From assembly GCA_947062675.1 (NCBI GenBank), contig CAMSQM010000006.1, positions 14,848-78,847 of the forward strand: a DNA stretch of 64,000 nt, given 5' to 3'. The notes under the pieces were generated by a model that was not told the DNA's origin, did not search any database, and saw only the letters and a program-made list of their open reading frames with translations. Made by a program: the position numbers and the translations under genes. Origin of the DNA: an uncultured Roseburia sp. Lineage in GTDB: Bacteria > Bacillota > Clostridia > Lachnospirales > Lachnospiraceae. This document shows, piece by piece, positions 50,098-60,277 of this stretch (position 1 is the stretch's first letter; each line of letters starts with the position of its first letter).

Positions 50098-50931
50098 TTA
50101 TCCGATATGTTTTTCGTTGTAGACGATAGTCGCCAGTCCTTTGCGGTAAGAGAGGGCCTCCTCGCTGCTCATGTGGCTGAAGTCCTCACGCTTTGGCGTG
50201 GCCTGCCCGGCAAGGATATCTTCCGCGCACGCGATCAGATCAAACAGATATTTCTTTCCGATCGGGCGCAGGAAATGTCCGGGCAGGATCAGGTCAAATT
50301 CTGCCTCCCTTGCGGCCAGCTTCTTTAAGTCGTCACAATATGTGCGGACGCTGGTGGAGTACGCATCGAAGATCAGAATCGGGGTGCTGACGATGGAGTC
50401 CCCCGCGATCAGGATCCGGTTTCTGCTGTCCAGGAATGCCATGCTGCCCGGCGTATGGCCGGATATCCCGATGGCCTCGAATTCCCGGTCTCCAAGGTCA
50501 AAGCGCATGCCCTCCGTCAGTTTTTTCGGGGGTTTCTGTGCGTGCAGCGTTTTTCCGCTCAGATCCCCTCCGGTGTAAAACGGGTCCTGCATTGTTTTGG
50601 CGCAGAAGCTCTTCCAGTGCTCTTCGGTCATATAAGGGGGTTCCTGCATCCACTGATCTTCCGGATTCAGGTATACCTCATCAAATTCGTGGTTGCCGGT
50701 TGCGTGATCAATGTGCCCGTGCGTGTTGGCGACAAACACAGGTCTGTCCGTCAGCTGTGCAGCTGTTTCTTTCAGGGGCCCAACCCCCGCTCCGGTATCC
50801 ACAAGCATGGCACGGCTGCTTCCCTCGACCAGATACATGATGTCAATGCCGTATTCGTCGATCGCATAAATGTGATCCGCGACGAGCTGAATTGTGTAAC
50901 CGTTTATATTCCGGATGTTCAGATTATCCAT
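50098..50931 (-). CDS. Metallo-beta-lactamase-fold hydrolase
   Basis: LVDTG, NTHGHIDH (HxHxDH), GHTPGS, AGDS, PGH. Confidence 0.9.
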   Translation of the reverse strand: MDNLNIRNINGYTIQLVADHIYAIDEYGIDIMYLVEGSSRAMLVDTGAGVGPLKETAAQLTDRPVFVANTHGHIDHATGNHEFDEVYLNPEDQWMQEPPYMTEEHWKSFCAKTMQDPFYTGGDLSGKTLHAQKPPKKLTEGMRFDLGDREFEAIGISGHTPGSMAFLDSRNRILIAGDSIVSTPILIFDAYSTSVRTYCDDLKKLAAREAEFDLILPGHFLRPIGKKYLFDLIACAEDILAGQATPKREDFSHMSSEEALSYRKGLATIVYNEKHIG

Positions 50932-51017
50932 GGTTTTCCTCATTTCCGCACTAACGCGCTTTTTTGTACAAAACAGGTCTGTGCATGTGCACAAACCTGT
51001 CATTAAATCGTTTACCG

Positions 51018-51854
51018 TTACATTTTCACAGCGCCCGCCGTGATACCGCTGGTGATGTATTTCTGCGCCAGGATATACAGGACGATGATCGGAATGATTG
51101 AGAGCGTCAGCGCTGCGATCAGGAGGTTCCAGTCTGAGCTCGCATTGCTTCGGAACATATAGATCATAACGGTGAGCGTCCGTTTTCCCGTTTCATTGAT
51201 CATCAGGCTCGGCATCAGGAAATCATTCCAGGTCCACAGGAAGAACAGAACGCCGATGGTGATGCTCGTCGGTTTTACCAGCGGGAAAATAATCTGCATC
51301 ATTGTGCGGAATGCGCTGCACCCGTCAATGCAGGCGGCTTCCTCGAGCTCCTTCGGTACGGATTTCAGGAAACCGACATATGTAAAAATTCCAAATGCGC
51401 AGTGGAAGCCGGAATACAGGCAGATTAATACGGTCAGACTGTTGTTCATATTGAACTTTGTCGTCATTACCTGCAGGGCGATCATGATCGTGTGAAACGG
51501 GATGATCTGCCCAAGGGTGAATAAGAGATACCACAGCTGCCCGTCCTTTGTGGTAATGTGCGCGATGCCGTAGGCGGCCAGAAAGCTCACAAGCACGCCG
51601 AGCAGGACGGTACCGCCTGTCACGTAGGCCGAGTTTAAGAACACCTGCATAAAGTCCATGCGCTCGACCGCGGTTTTATAGTTATCCAGTGTAAAATGAA
51701 TGGGCGGCGCCAGAAAGTTTGCGATCATGTCGCTGTAGGGTTTGAAACTGTTCATGACAAGGAGCAGAATCGGCATTACGAACAGAATTCCGAGCACCAG
51801 CATAATGATGGTTGCGACGATGCCGCCTTTTTCTTTTTCTTCTTTTTCACGCAT
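51018..51854 (-). CDS. Carbohydrate ABC transporter permease (MalG-like)
   Basis: EAA loop ELEEAACIDGCS, WNDFL. Confidence 0.95.
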   Translation of the reverse strand: MREKEEKEKGGIVATIIMLVLGILFVMPILLLVMNSFKPYSDMIANFLAPPIHFTLDNYKTAVERMDFMQVFLNSAYVTGGTVLLGVLVSFLAAYGIAHITTKDGQLWYLLFTLGQIIPFHTIMIALQVMTTKFNMNNSLTVLICLYSGFHCAFGIFTYVGFLKSVPKELEEAACIDGCSAFRTMMQIIFPLVKPTSITIGVLFFLWTWNDFLMPSLMINETGKRTLTVMIYMFRSNASSDWNLLIAALTLSIIPIIVLYILAQKYITSGITAGAVKM

Positions 51855-52744
51855 CAGTATTCCACCTCCCGCTTTCTTGTGACATTGAGCTGAATCAGGG
51901 TGACAACCGCGACGGTCAGGAACAGAATCACGGACTTCGCGGAGCCATAACCCATGTTATATTTCACAAACGCTTCCTTATATATATCCATTGCCACCGG
52001 CATTGTCGTCCCGTAAGGACCTCCTGCCGTCATCGCATTTGGCACATCAAAAGCTTTGAATGCGCCGGAGATGGAGACGAACAGATTGATCGTGATGGTT
52101 GGCATCAGCAGCGGAAGCTGGATATCACGGATCAGACGCAATCCGGTGCAGCCGTCGATTTTTCCGGCTTCAATCAGATCCATCGGGATAGTCTGAAGGC
52201 CGGCGGTGTAGATCATCATCAGAAATCCGATCTGCTGCCAGACGGATACCAGGATAATTGTAAATGTCGCCGTTCCGGGAGAACCGAACCAGCTGATAGA
52301 TCCCAGCCAGTCCCAGTGCATCAGCTCCGCGATGTTGGGCAGAATCTGGGAAAAGATAAAGGTCCAGATAAATGCGACCAGAACGGACGAAATAATATTC
52401 GGAATAAAAAACAGCGAGCGGATGACACCTTTTGCCCGGATATTTTTGTTCAGGAAATAGGCGAGGATAAATCCTGCCAGGTTACTGCCGACAATCGTAA
52501 AGACGCCCAGTTTCAGGTTGAAAAAAAAGGCTGTGCGAAAGCCCTCGTCGGAGAGCAGTTTGATGTAGTTGCTGATTCCTGCCATACTCTTTTTGCCGCT
52601 CATCAGATTCCACTTCAGAAAAGAATACGGGATGGTACCCCCGAACAGTGGAATCAGCAGGGAGCATGCATACAGAAGCAGTGCCGGAAGCAGAAGCAGG
52701 TAATAAAATTTTCTGTATTTTTTGTAAATGATTGACATTTTCAT
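51854..52744 (-). CDS. Carbohydrate ABC transporter permease (MalF-like)
   Basis: AGLQTIP..EAGKIDG, FKAFD, GGP. Confidence 0.95.
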   Translation of the reverse strand: MKMSIIYKKYRKFYYLLLLPALLLYACSLLIPLFGGTIPYSFLKWNLMSGKKSMAGISNYIKLLSDEGFRTAFFFNLKLGVFTIVGSNLAGFILAYFLNKNIRAKGVIRSLFFIPNIISSVLVAFIWTFIFSQILPNIAELMHWDWLGSISWFGSPGTATFTIILVSVWQQIGFLMMIYTAGLQTIPMDLIEAGKIDGCTGLRLIRDIQLPLLMPTITINLFVSISGAFKAFDVPNAMTAGGPYGTTMPVAMDIYKEAFVKYNMGYGSAKSVILFLTVAVVTLIQLNVTRKREVEY

Positions 52745-52919
52745 TGCCTCCTTTCCGAATCACGCCGGTTCTGCGGTGTTTTTTTGCGCAGAAACGGCGG
52801 GGTCTGCCACGGCGTACCTGTTGCAGATGCCGTATATCAGACGCCCGCCGTAAATTTCGTTCTCACAAATTCCGGAAACTGTTGTCTGTATACAGTTTAC
52901 CGGACGCAGAATCAAACGT

Positions 52920-54296
52920 CTATTCGATAAAATTCAGGTAGCTCTCGTTCAGCTCCTGGATCACGGTTGCCTGGTCTTTTGCTCCTGCCATATAACCCTG
53001 GAAGATATCGCCGGAGGTGACGTCAAAACCGTTTGCATACTGCTGATAGACCCACGGAATGGTGTTGCCCGCATCGCAGTAAGCTGTGTAATCATCCATT
53101 GCCGAGCTCGGTACGCCGCCGCTGTAAGGCATTGCAGGCGGAGCATCGCCCAGATCCGCAGTCAGCACCTGAATCCACTGCTGCTCCGGATCGCTCATGT
53201 ACTCCAGCACTCTTTTGCACAGGTCAAGGTGCTCGGTCTTGGAATTGATGACGTAGCAGGTACCTACATCGACGGAAAGCTTGTTTTTCGCGGCGTCGTT
53301 GGAAACCGGAATAGCAAAGCATCCGATATCGGGTACCGGGTTGGCATGTGCAACGGTGGAAAGGCTGAACTCACCGGATACGAGCATTGCCGCCTGGCCG
53401 TTAGCCAGCGCATTGAAGCCGGAAGTGGAATCCTGATCCATCATGTTGCCGCCGGAATACTGTTTCATAATGTCTGCAAACTGGAATACCTCGTCGATGC
53501 CTTCCACGTCGAAAGTGCCCTCGCCGGAATCCAGGGATGAGAGGAATCCGGGGATGTCATCCTGTACAAACGGGGTTAAAAGTGCGCTGAACAGATGTTT
53601 TAAAGTCTAGGACTCTTTGTAGGTCGGTGCGATCGGCTGGATGCCGGCAGCTTCAAGCTTTGCGCAGGCATCTGCGAACTCGTCTCTTGTCGTCGGGAGT
53701 GTCTCGATTCCTGCTGTTTTAAATAATTCCTTATTGTAGAATACGCCAAGATACTCATAGACGGACGGATAAGCGTAAACGGTGCCGTCTGCGCCCTTGC
53801 CGGCCTCGAGTGCTTCCGGGTATACTTTATCCACGAAAGATTCTCCGGAGAGATCGGTAAGCCTTCCGGCCTCCGCGAATGCCTGTACCTGCTTGTACGG
53901 TGTCAGGAGATAAATATCCGGCAGATCATCCGCCGCAACCTTGGCTCCGAGAAAATCAGAGTAATCGCCGGTCTGCATCTGGATGTCGAGATCAATATCC
54001 GGATTTTTGCTGTTAAAATCTTCCTGAATTTTCTGGAGATCCTCGCCCCAGCTTCCGTTCCACACAGCCATGCTGATCTTTGTCTTATCGCCGGATGCGC
54101 CATTGTCCGCGGCCGGCGTCTCCGTTCCGCTGGCAGAGGATGCGCCGCTGTCCGCGCCGGAAGTACCGCTGTCCGCATTGCCGCCAGTGGTACTTCCACT
54201 GTCAGTTTTGCCGTCATCTCCGCCTCCGCAGGCTGCCATTGACAGCGTCATCGCGCAGGCCAGACCAAGTGCTGCCCATTTTTTCACTTTTCTCAT
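52920..54296 (-). pseudogene. Carbohydrate ABC solute-binding lipoprotein interrupted by an in-frame TAG at 53607-53609
   Basis: The two ORF-track pieces are in the same frame; reads ..PTYKES-TAG-TLKHLFSALL..; lipobox SMAAC; AGGAGG RBS before ATG 54296. Confidence 0.88.
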
Positions 54297-54443
54297 TTTT
54301 GCCTCCTTGTGCACACGTTTTTTTTGTGCATATCCGGATCCGTGCGTGTGCACACAGACCCGTGGCTGAAATTCATGATAGTCATTTTTTCAGCCTTCTG
54401 CTTTTTTGTGCTTTCCCCGCTGTATGCCGCGGGGAGTATTCCA

Positions 54444-55676
54444 TCAGGGGCGGACAGATGTCCCGTCCGCAAGTCTCGACAGCATCCACCCCCAGGTAAT
54501 ACCACCGTCCGTGCACGGATACTTTTCTGCGGCTTTTTCGTTGATGTCCACGCCGATGCCCGGGCGGCCGTTTAAGTAGATGTAGCCGTCGCGCACTTCG
54601 GGTATTCCGTCAAATATCTCGTGCAGTGCCTCCGGATTCCGGTCGCAGTAAAATCCGGCTTCCGGATCCGTCCATTCCTGAATCCCGAAATTCGGGGAGG
54701 AAAGATCAAGATGCGCGTTCACCGCGTGCCCCACGGGAGTGAGGTCCACAGGTCCGTGCCACGCCGTCCGCACGCCGAATGCGTCGCAGAGGGCGATCAG
54801 CTTTTTCGCCGGCGTAATGCCTCCGATCTGGCTGATATGAATTCTGATATAGTCAATCTCCCGCTCTTTGATGAGATTCAGCCATTCACTCGGATTGTTG
54901 AACAGCTCTCCCATCGCAAGCGGAGTCGTACAATGCTGTCTGATTCTGCCAAACCAGCCGGCCTGCTCCGGAGGCAGACAGTCTTCCAGGAAAAACAGCC
55001 GGAACGGCTCCATTTCCCTGGCAAATGTGACCGCGTCCGACGGCTGCAGACGCTCGTGCACATCATGGCAGAGCTCCAGTTCCCATCCGAAACGCTCTCT
55101 GATACGCTTAAAGAGCTCCACGGTTTTTTTCATATATATTTTTGGATCGTAATAGGCTCCGGGAAGTGCGCCCTCGGGGGGCTGGTGAACGGTCTCATTT
55201 CCGCCGTAGCCTCCGGCCTGCGCGCGGATATACCGGTAGCCCCGGTCTTTTAAGGCGGCGATGCGTTCCAGTGTTTCTTCGATATCTGCGCCTTCTGCAT
55301 GGGTGTAACAGGTGACGCCCTCGCGGCATTTTCCGCCGAAAAGGTCGTACAGCGGCATGCCGGCCATCTTTCCCTTGATATCCCACAGCGCCATGTCAAT
55401 ACCCGATATCGCGTTGTTGAGCACCGGTCCGTTCCGCCAGTAGCTCATTCCCGCCATGCTCTGCCAGATGTCCTCGATGTAGGAGACATCCCTGCCGGTC
55501 AGATAGGGTTTTAAATATTTTTCAATTGCCGTCACGACGGCCAGATGCCGGTGGGCAAAAGTCGCGCAGCCGAGTCCGTAAAGTCCCGGCTCACTTGTCT
55601 CAACCTTAACCGTCACCAGATTGATCTTTTCCGGCGCGCAGCAGATTACTTTCACATCCCTGATCGTTACACTCAT
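54444..55676 (-). CDS. Enolase-superfamily acid-sugar dehydratase (ManD/RspA subgroup)
   Basis: YWRNGPV, AISGIDMALWDIKGK, HDVHER, FLED, MGE, WHG motifs. Confidence 0.9.
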   Translation of the reverse strand: MSVTIRDVKVICCAPEKINLVTVKVETSEPGLYGLGCATFAHRHLAVVTAIEKYLKPYLTGRDVSYIEDIWQSMAGMSYWRNGPVLNNAISGIDMALWDIKGKMAGMPLYDLFGGKCREGVTCYTHAEGADIEETLERIAALKDRGYRYIRAQAGGYGGNETVHQPPEGALPGAYYDPKIYMKKTVELFKRIRERFGWELELCHDVHERLQPSDAVTFAREMEPFRLFFLEDCLPPEQAGWFGRIRQHCTTPLAMGELFNNPSEWLNLIKEREIDYIRIHISQIGGITPAKKLIALCDAFGVRTAWHGPVDLTPVGHAVNAHLDLSSPNFGIQEWTDPEAGFYCDRNPEALHEIFDGIPEVRDGYIYLNGRPGIGVDINEKAAEKYPCTDGGITWGWMLSRLADGTSVRP

Positions 55677-55697
55677 ATCCGTCCTCGTTTCTGTGAT

Positions 55698-56540
55698 TCA
55701 TTCTTTTGTGTCAGACTGGGAAATTCTATTTACGGTGCCTCCCCAGTCTGTTTTTCCGGGAATTACTTTTTCCGGCATTCCCGGCAGTATCAGGCCGCCG
55801 TCCACGCGAAGCACTTCTCCTGTAATATAGGAAGCTTTTTCGTCAGCGAGAAATACCACGGCGTTTCCGATGTCTTCTGGGCTGCCGTTTCTCCCCAGCG
55901 GAATCCGTCCGCCGAGTTCTTCCCAGAATCCTTCAAAATATTCCAGATGATCCCGCCGGATCTCTTCCTGCGTGCGGATGCGCACAGCCCCGGGGGCGAC
56001 GCAGTTGACCCGGATTCCGTAAGGCGCCAGATCCAGGGCCATCGACTGGGAAGCACGGTTTAAAGCAGCCTTGATTCCGCCGTAGACGGCGTCTTCGGGG
56101 TAGGCCCGGTCGGCTCTCGACGATGTGATCTGAATGATGGAGCCTCTGACATGGTGTTCTTTCATATAGACAGCCGCGTAATGGCTCATCATCAGATAAT
56201 TCAGAAAATCCAGATGTATCATGTGCAGCGTATCCTCCGGCGTGAGCTCGAGGATTGACTGAAAGGTTGTGACGCCGGCGTTATTTACGAGAAGATCAAG
56301 TCCTTCAAGACATGAGACTGCCCGGTCGAAAAACAGCTGCCCGGCTCCCGGTTCTCCGAGATCTGCCTGAAAATACCAGACGTTTGCCCCGCTTTCCCGC
56401 AGGGCTTCTGCGGTGCGCTCCGCCTCATCCTCCCTCGCGTTGTAGGAAAAAACGAGGTCATATCCGTTTTCTGCCAGACAGCGCGCAATTCCTCTGCCGA
56501 TTCCGCGGCTTGCGCCTGTTACAATCGCCTTTCTGCGCAT
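55698..56540 (-). CDS. Short-chain dehydrogenase/reductase
   Basis: TGASRGIG, LVNNAG, YGGIK (YxxxK), VNCVAPG. Confidence 0.93.
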   Translation of the reverse strand: MRRKAIVTGASRGIGRGIARCLAENGYDLVFSYNAREDEAERTAEALRESGANVWYFQADLGEPGAGQLFFDRAVSCLEGLDLLVNNAGVTTFQSILELTPEDTLHMIHLDFLNYLMMSHYAAVYMKEHHVRGSIIQITSSRADRAYPEDAVYGGIKAALNRASQSMALDLAPYGIRVNCVAPGAVRIRTQEEIRRDHLEYFEGFWEELGGRIPLGRNGSPEDIGNAVVFLADEKASYITGEVLRVDGGLILPGMPEKVIPGKTDWGGTVNRISQSDTKE

Positions 56541-56579
56541 GTTTCCCTCCTCTCTGCGCTGTTTTTTGCGCAAAAGAAT

Positions 56580-57677
56580 TTATATCCGGTGGTACATGGT
56601 GACTTTTACCGGTACCGGAATCGCCCGTCGTCCTGCAATTCCGGCAAGCATACCTTCCGCCAGGTCAAATACGACGATTTCACCGCTGGCCTGATTTGCC
56701 ACGAGCAGATGACGGCCTGATTCATCCAGACAGATACTTCTGGGTCCCTTCCCGCCACAGCCGCGCTCCTGAACCATGGAGAGCGTTCCGTTTTTCTGTA
56801 TCTGAAAAACAAAGATGCGGTTGCTCCCGCGCACGGATACATACAAAAACCCATCCTGTGAGAGCGCAATATCCGCAGCCAGCGCATCTTCCTGCATTCT
56901 GCCGCGATAGAGAGGCAGCCACTGGATTTCCTGCATCCTGCCGGATGGATCCTGCTGAAAGACGGAAATGGTACAGTCGAGTTCATTGACGACGTAAAGC
57001 GTCAGTCTGCCATCCTGATTTTTTGTGCACATATGCCGGGGACCGGATCCCGCCCTTGCAGGAAGCGCTTCCAGCTCTGTCAGTTCGTCTCCGTGGAATG
57101 CAAACAGCCGGATGCGGTCGCATCCAAGGTCTGCCACAAACACTTTTTCGCCGCAGAGACAGCATGAATGGATATGCGGGGCTTCCTGACGGTCCGGGCG
57201 CGCGCCGTGTCCCGTGAAGGAGCGGCTTTCCAGCAGTTTTAAAGCTCCCGCCGTCCGGATGCTGATCAGATGAAAATCTCCGCTTCCGTAATCAGACAGA
57301 AAGAGCAGTTCCCGCTCTTCGCAGACCGCGATGTGACAGGAGGCGGCTCCCGGCAGGCTGAGCTTCGCGGTGAGCCGGAGCGTGAATCCGGTCATTCCGC
57401 TGTCCGTTTCCGGTGCCGTGCCGTCCGGGCAGAGGCTGTATTCTTTCAGAATGGCCGCGTCGTCCGTTTCACTGACCGCAAACAGACGATCTTTAAAGAA
57501 CGCAAGATACGACGGGTTCAGTGTTTCCTCCAGAAAAAGACATTCACCGATGGTTCCGCTTATTTCCTCATACGGATACAGGAAGATTCCTTTTCCGAGC
57601 TCCTGTGTCGCGGTCACAGCAGGGGCTGTCCGCTCTGTGTATGTACCGATTGCAAGTAGTTTCATGATTATCCCCAT
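56580..57677 (-). CDS. Lactonase (6-phosphogluconolactonase/YbhE-like beta-propeller)
   Basis: IGTYT, NPSYL, SCHI, APHIHS, GPRHM, VSVRG, GPRS. Confidence 0.88.
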   Translation of the reverse strand: MGIIMKLLAIGTYTERTAPAVTATQELGKGIFLYPYEEISGTIGECLFLEETLNPSYLAFFKDRLFAVSETDDAAILKEYSLCPDGTAPETDSGMTGFTLRLTAKLSLPGAASCHIAVCEERELLFLSDYGSGDFHLISIRTAGALKLLESRSFTGHGARPDRQEAPHIHSCCLCGEKVFVADLGCDRIRLFAFHGDELTELEALPARAGSGPRHMCTKNQDGRLTLYVVNELDCTISVFQQDPSGRMQEIQWLPLYRGRMQEDALAADIALSQDGFLYVSVRGSNRIFVFQIQKNGTLSMVQERGCGGKGPRSICLDESGRHLLVANQASGEIVVFDLAEGMLAGIAGRRAIPVPVKVTMYHRI

Positions 57678-57774
57678 GCCGGAGCATTTTTTGTGAAGGC
57701 CGCAGGCCGGATCTCCGATTTCCGGATCTGCGGTTCCGTTTATGAATCATCTGCCGCGGAAGTGTTTAGAAACA

Positions 57775-59142
57775 TTATCTGAAATGAAAGCCGTCGCAAA
57801 GTTCCTTTACCATCCGCAGCTCATTTACGCTTTCTATTTTCCGGCCGTGAATCACTATGTTTTCAAAGTGAAAATCATGCGGCCTGCACACTTCGTTTTT
57901 CATCTCAAAACCTCTGATAATTGAGACGGGGAAGATGCCTTCCGTGATTTCAATATTTTTAAAATGTACATCACAGATCATGCCGCGGCTGCGGTCCCTG
58001 GAATATTTGGAGTCGAGCGTCTTAATGTCAATCAATTTTTCCTGTGCATCTTCAATCCGGATATTTTCATAATGAATATCATGGATAAAGGCCCGGTCCG
58101 CGTTGTGGATGGTCAGAACTCCGCCGGACTGATTCCCCTCGTACTCACAGTGGGTGATCACGCAGTTGCGGAAAATGACATCTGAGATTTCATCACATCT
58201 GGTTTCATAGCCTATTTCCAGCGCGTTTCCGAATTCTGCATTCCAGAACAGACAGTTTTCCACGAGAATGTGCGCTACATCGCTGCACCCGGAAGGATCC
58301 TGAAATTCCTCGGCTTTGATGGAGATGCAGTCGTCGTTTGCCCGGATAAAGGAATTTCGCACCGTTACGTTCCGGCATCCCACGATATCGAGACCGTCCC
58401 CGGTAATCACTTTTCCAAGGATATTGACGTCCTCAATCCGCACGTCCTCACACGCCGTTGGCACAATGTGCCAGGAAGAGCCGTCGAGCAGCGTGATGCC
58501 GCGGATTTCAATGTCACGCCCCAGTATCGGCACGATCATCTGTTCCGCGCCGTTTTCATCCCATTTGTGCCAGTTGCCGCCGTAGAGAATCCCGTTTCCG
58601 ATAATCCGGACGTGATCGGCCAGTCTGGAGGTGATTCTTCCGCTGACCACGGCGCCTTCCTCGATATAAACCACGTCGCCGGATTTCAGCTCCAGACAGC
58701 CGATGTTGTACGCGCAGCCTTTCCGGAATTCGTGAGTCACATTCTGTGGCTTTGCGATTTTTACAGAGGGAAGAATATAAAGAGGGCAGAGAAGATCGTC
58801 GTCCAGCTCAAGAATCACCCGGTCGCCGTCCGGAATGGTCAGTTTCAGAAGCTGTCCGTCTCTTTCACAGGAAAACTTTCCGGTGCCCGGACGCAGACGG
58901 AAGCTGTCAAAATCGTCCAGGACCGTCACTTCCACTGTGAGGCTCTGTTCGTTTTCGTCCATCACTGGAAGTGTGAAATGGAAAAACTCATTTCCGTAGA
59001 CCTTCTGTTCCTCACCGTTGATGTGGACTCTGTAGAGCGGAGAGATTCCCGGCTCGTCCACGCTGTGCAAGCGGTACAGTGGTTCCTCTTTCAGGGGCTT
59101 TGGTACGTAATCCTGTTTATTCATCATTATCTTTCTTCGCAT
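57775..59142 (-). CDS. Cytoplasmic right-handed beta-helix glycoside hydrolase (GH28-like)
   Basis: GDGLDIVGCRNV and NDDCISIK motifs; no signal peptide. Confidence 0.75.
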   Translation of the reverse strand: MRRKIMMNKQDYVPKPLKEEPLYRLHSVDEPGISPLYRVHINGEEQKVYGNEFFHFTLPVMDENEQSLTVEVTVLDDFDSFRLRPGTGKFSCERDGQLLKLTIPDGDRVILELDDDLLCPLYILPSVKIAKPQNVTHEFRKGCAYNIGCLELKSGDVVYIEEGAVVSGRITSRLADHVRIIGNGILYGGNWHKWDENGAEQMIVPILGRDIEIRGITLLDGSSWHIVPTACEDVRIEDVNILGKVITGDGLDIVGCRNVTVRNSFIRANDDCISIKAEEFQDPSGCSDVAHILVENCLFWNAEFGNALEIGYETRCDEISDVIFRNCVITHCEYEGNQSGGVLTIHNADRAFIHDIHYENIRIEDAQEKLIDIKTLDSKYSRDRSRGMICDVHFKNIEITEGIFPVSIIRGFEMKNEVCRPHDFHFENIVIHGRKIESVNELRMVKELCDGFHFR

Positions 59143-59247
59143 CTCATCATCCTCTTCCGAAAATTCATCACTATCTTTAAGAAACATGATATACAATAAT
59201 CTTTTTCCGCGCAAGATAAAACATGCACAATATCCGGGAAGAATTAT

Positions 59248-59261
59248 TGTGCATGTGTACT
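59248..59261. promoter_or_regulatory. Candidate operator TGTGCATGTGTACT; similar copies at 50980-50993 and 54341-54354
   Basis: The motif recurs in three intergenic regions of one locus. Confidence 0.45.
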
Positions 59262-59288
59262 AATTTCCTGCGTGGAATTAAAGTCTGT

Positions 59289-59317
59289 TTGACGTTTTGG
59301 ACAGAATATTTTATACT
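59289..59317 (+). promoter_or_regulatory. SigA promoter for the GntR regulator
   Basis: TTGACG-N17-TATACT. Confidence 0.7.
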
Positions 59318-59367
59318 AAAATAATGAATATCAAATTTTGGAACAGCAGGGGAGGTTAAGCAGGGAA

Positions 59368-60126
59368 ATGGCAAACACACCGGCCTATAAGGTAATGTAT
59401 CTTAAGCTAAAAGAGGATATAGATAATAATGTATATCCTGTCGGAACATATCTTCCGACGGAGGGCGATCTGGAAAAGCTATTCCAGGTCAGCCGGACCA
59501 CTGTGCGCCATGCGGTGGATCTGCTGGCAAGAGAGGGAAGGGTGCATGTTAGGCAGGGAGCGGGCACCCAGGTTGTCGATTCACCGGAAAAGTTCCTTCC
59601 CAAATACGCAAAATTTCATAATGTTGTCGATGTGAAAACAGATGTGGGGGAGAGTGCGATTAAGACGAAAGGGATCTGGATTGACCGGATTGCCGCCAGC
59701 TCCACGGTGGCGGAGGCGCTGGAGATCGGGGAAGGCGCTCCCGTATTCTGCCTTCAGCGCATTATACATAGCAATGAATCACCGATGGTGATTATGACGA
59801 ATTATCTGCGGACAGACTTTTTTCCGGATCTGGATGCATATCAGGGACATATTCATGATCTGTACTACTTTATTCAGAAGCAGTATGGAATTCAGTTTGA
59901 GACGGGGCAGGAGAGAATCACTGCGATCCGGGCTGATTATCTGGACGCCCAGCTGCTGGATATCGCCCCGGGATCACCGATTTTTTTCAATACGCGCAGG
60001 GCGCGCTGCCCGCTCGGTCCGCTGGAGTATCTCGAGGCCAAGATACGGCCGGACCTGTGCACGTTTATCGTTTCCATGCAGGGGGTACCGAAATGGTATG
60101 AGGATGCAGGATATCTGAATGAGTGA
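59368..60126 (+). CDS. GntR-family regulator (HutC subfamily, UTRA domain)
   Basis: LPTEGDLEKLFQVSRTTVRHA, RQGAGT; UTRA-like C-terminus. Confidence 0.93.
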   Translation: MANTPAYKVMYLKLKEDIDNNVYPVGTYLPTEGDLEKLFQVSRTTVRHAVDLLAREGRVHVRQGAGTQVVDSPEKFLPKYAKFHNVVDVKTDVGESAIKTKGIWIDRIAASSTVAEALEIGEGAPVFCLQRIIHSNESPMVIMTNYLRTDFFPDLDAYQGHIHDLYYFIQKQYGIQFETGQERITAIRADYLDAQLLDIAPGSPIFFNTRRARCPLGPLEYLEAKIRPDLCTFIVSMQGVPKWYEDAGYLNE

Positions 60127-60133
60127 GAAAGGC

Positions 60134-60168
60134 GCGCAAAGCCGGCGGGATGCTGCCGGCTTTTGTGC
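60134..60168 (+). terminator. Terminator after gntR
   Basis: GCGCAAAGCCGGCG / TGCCGGCTTTTGTGC stem. Confidence 0.6.
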
Positions 60169-60277
60169 ATATACGGTCGGAGTCCGAATACTTCTGAAAG
60201 GCGGTACGGATATATTTAATTTACTGGCAGGCTATATTTATCTGAATCAGCAGCTGTAAACTGTAAAGGAGAAAACC

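Noticed and set aside
53607-53609. Genome-wide TAG recoding or pyrrolysine insertion
   Set aside because: TAG ends ordinary genes in this window (yabQ, leuA, the SBP gene itself); no pyl genes are present here; the context fits a TGG-to-TAG mutation.
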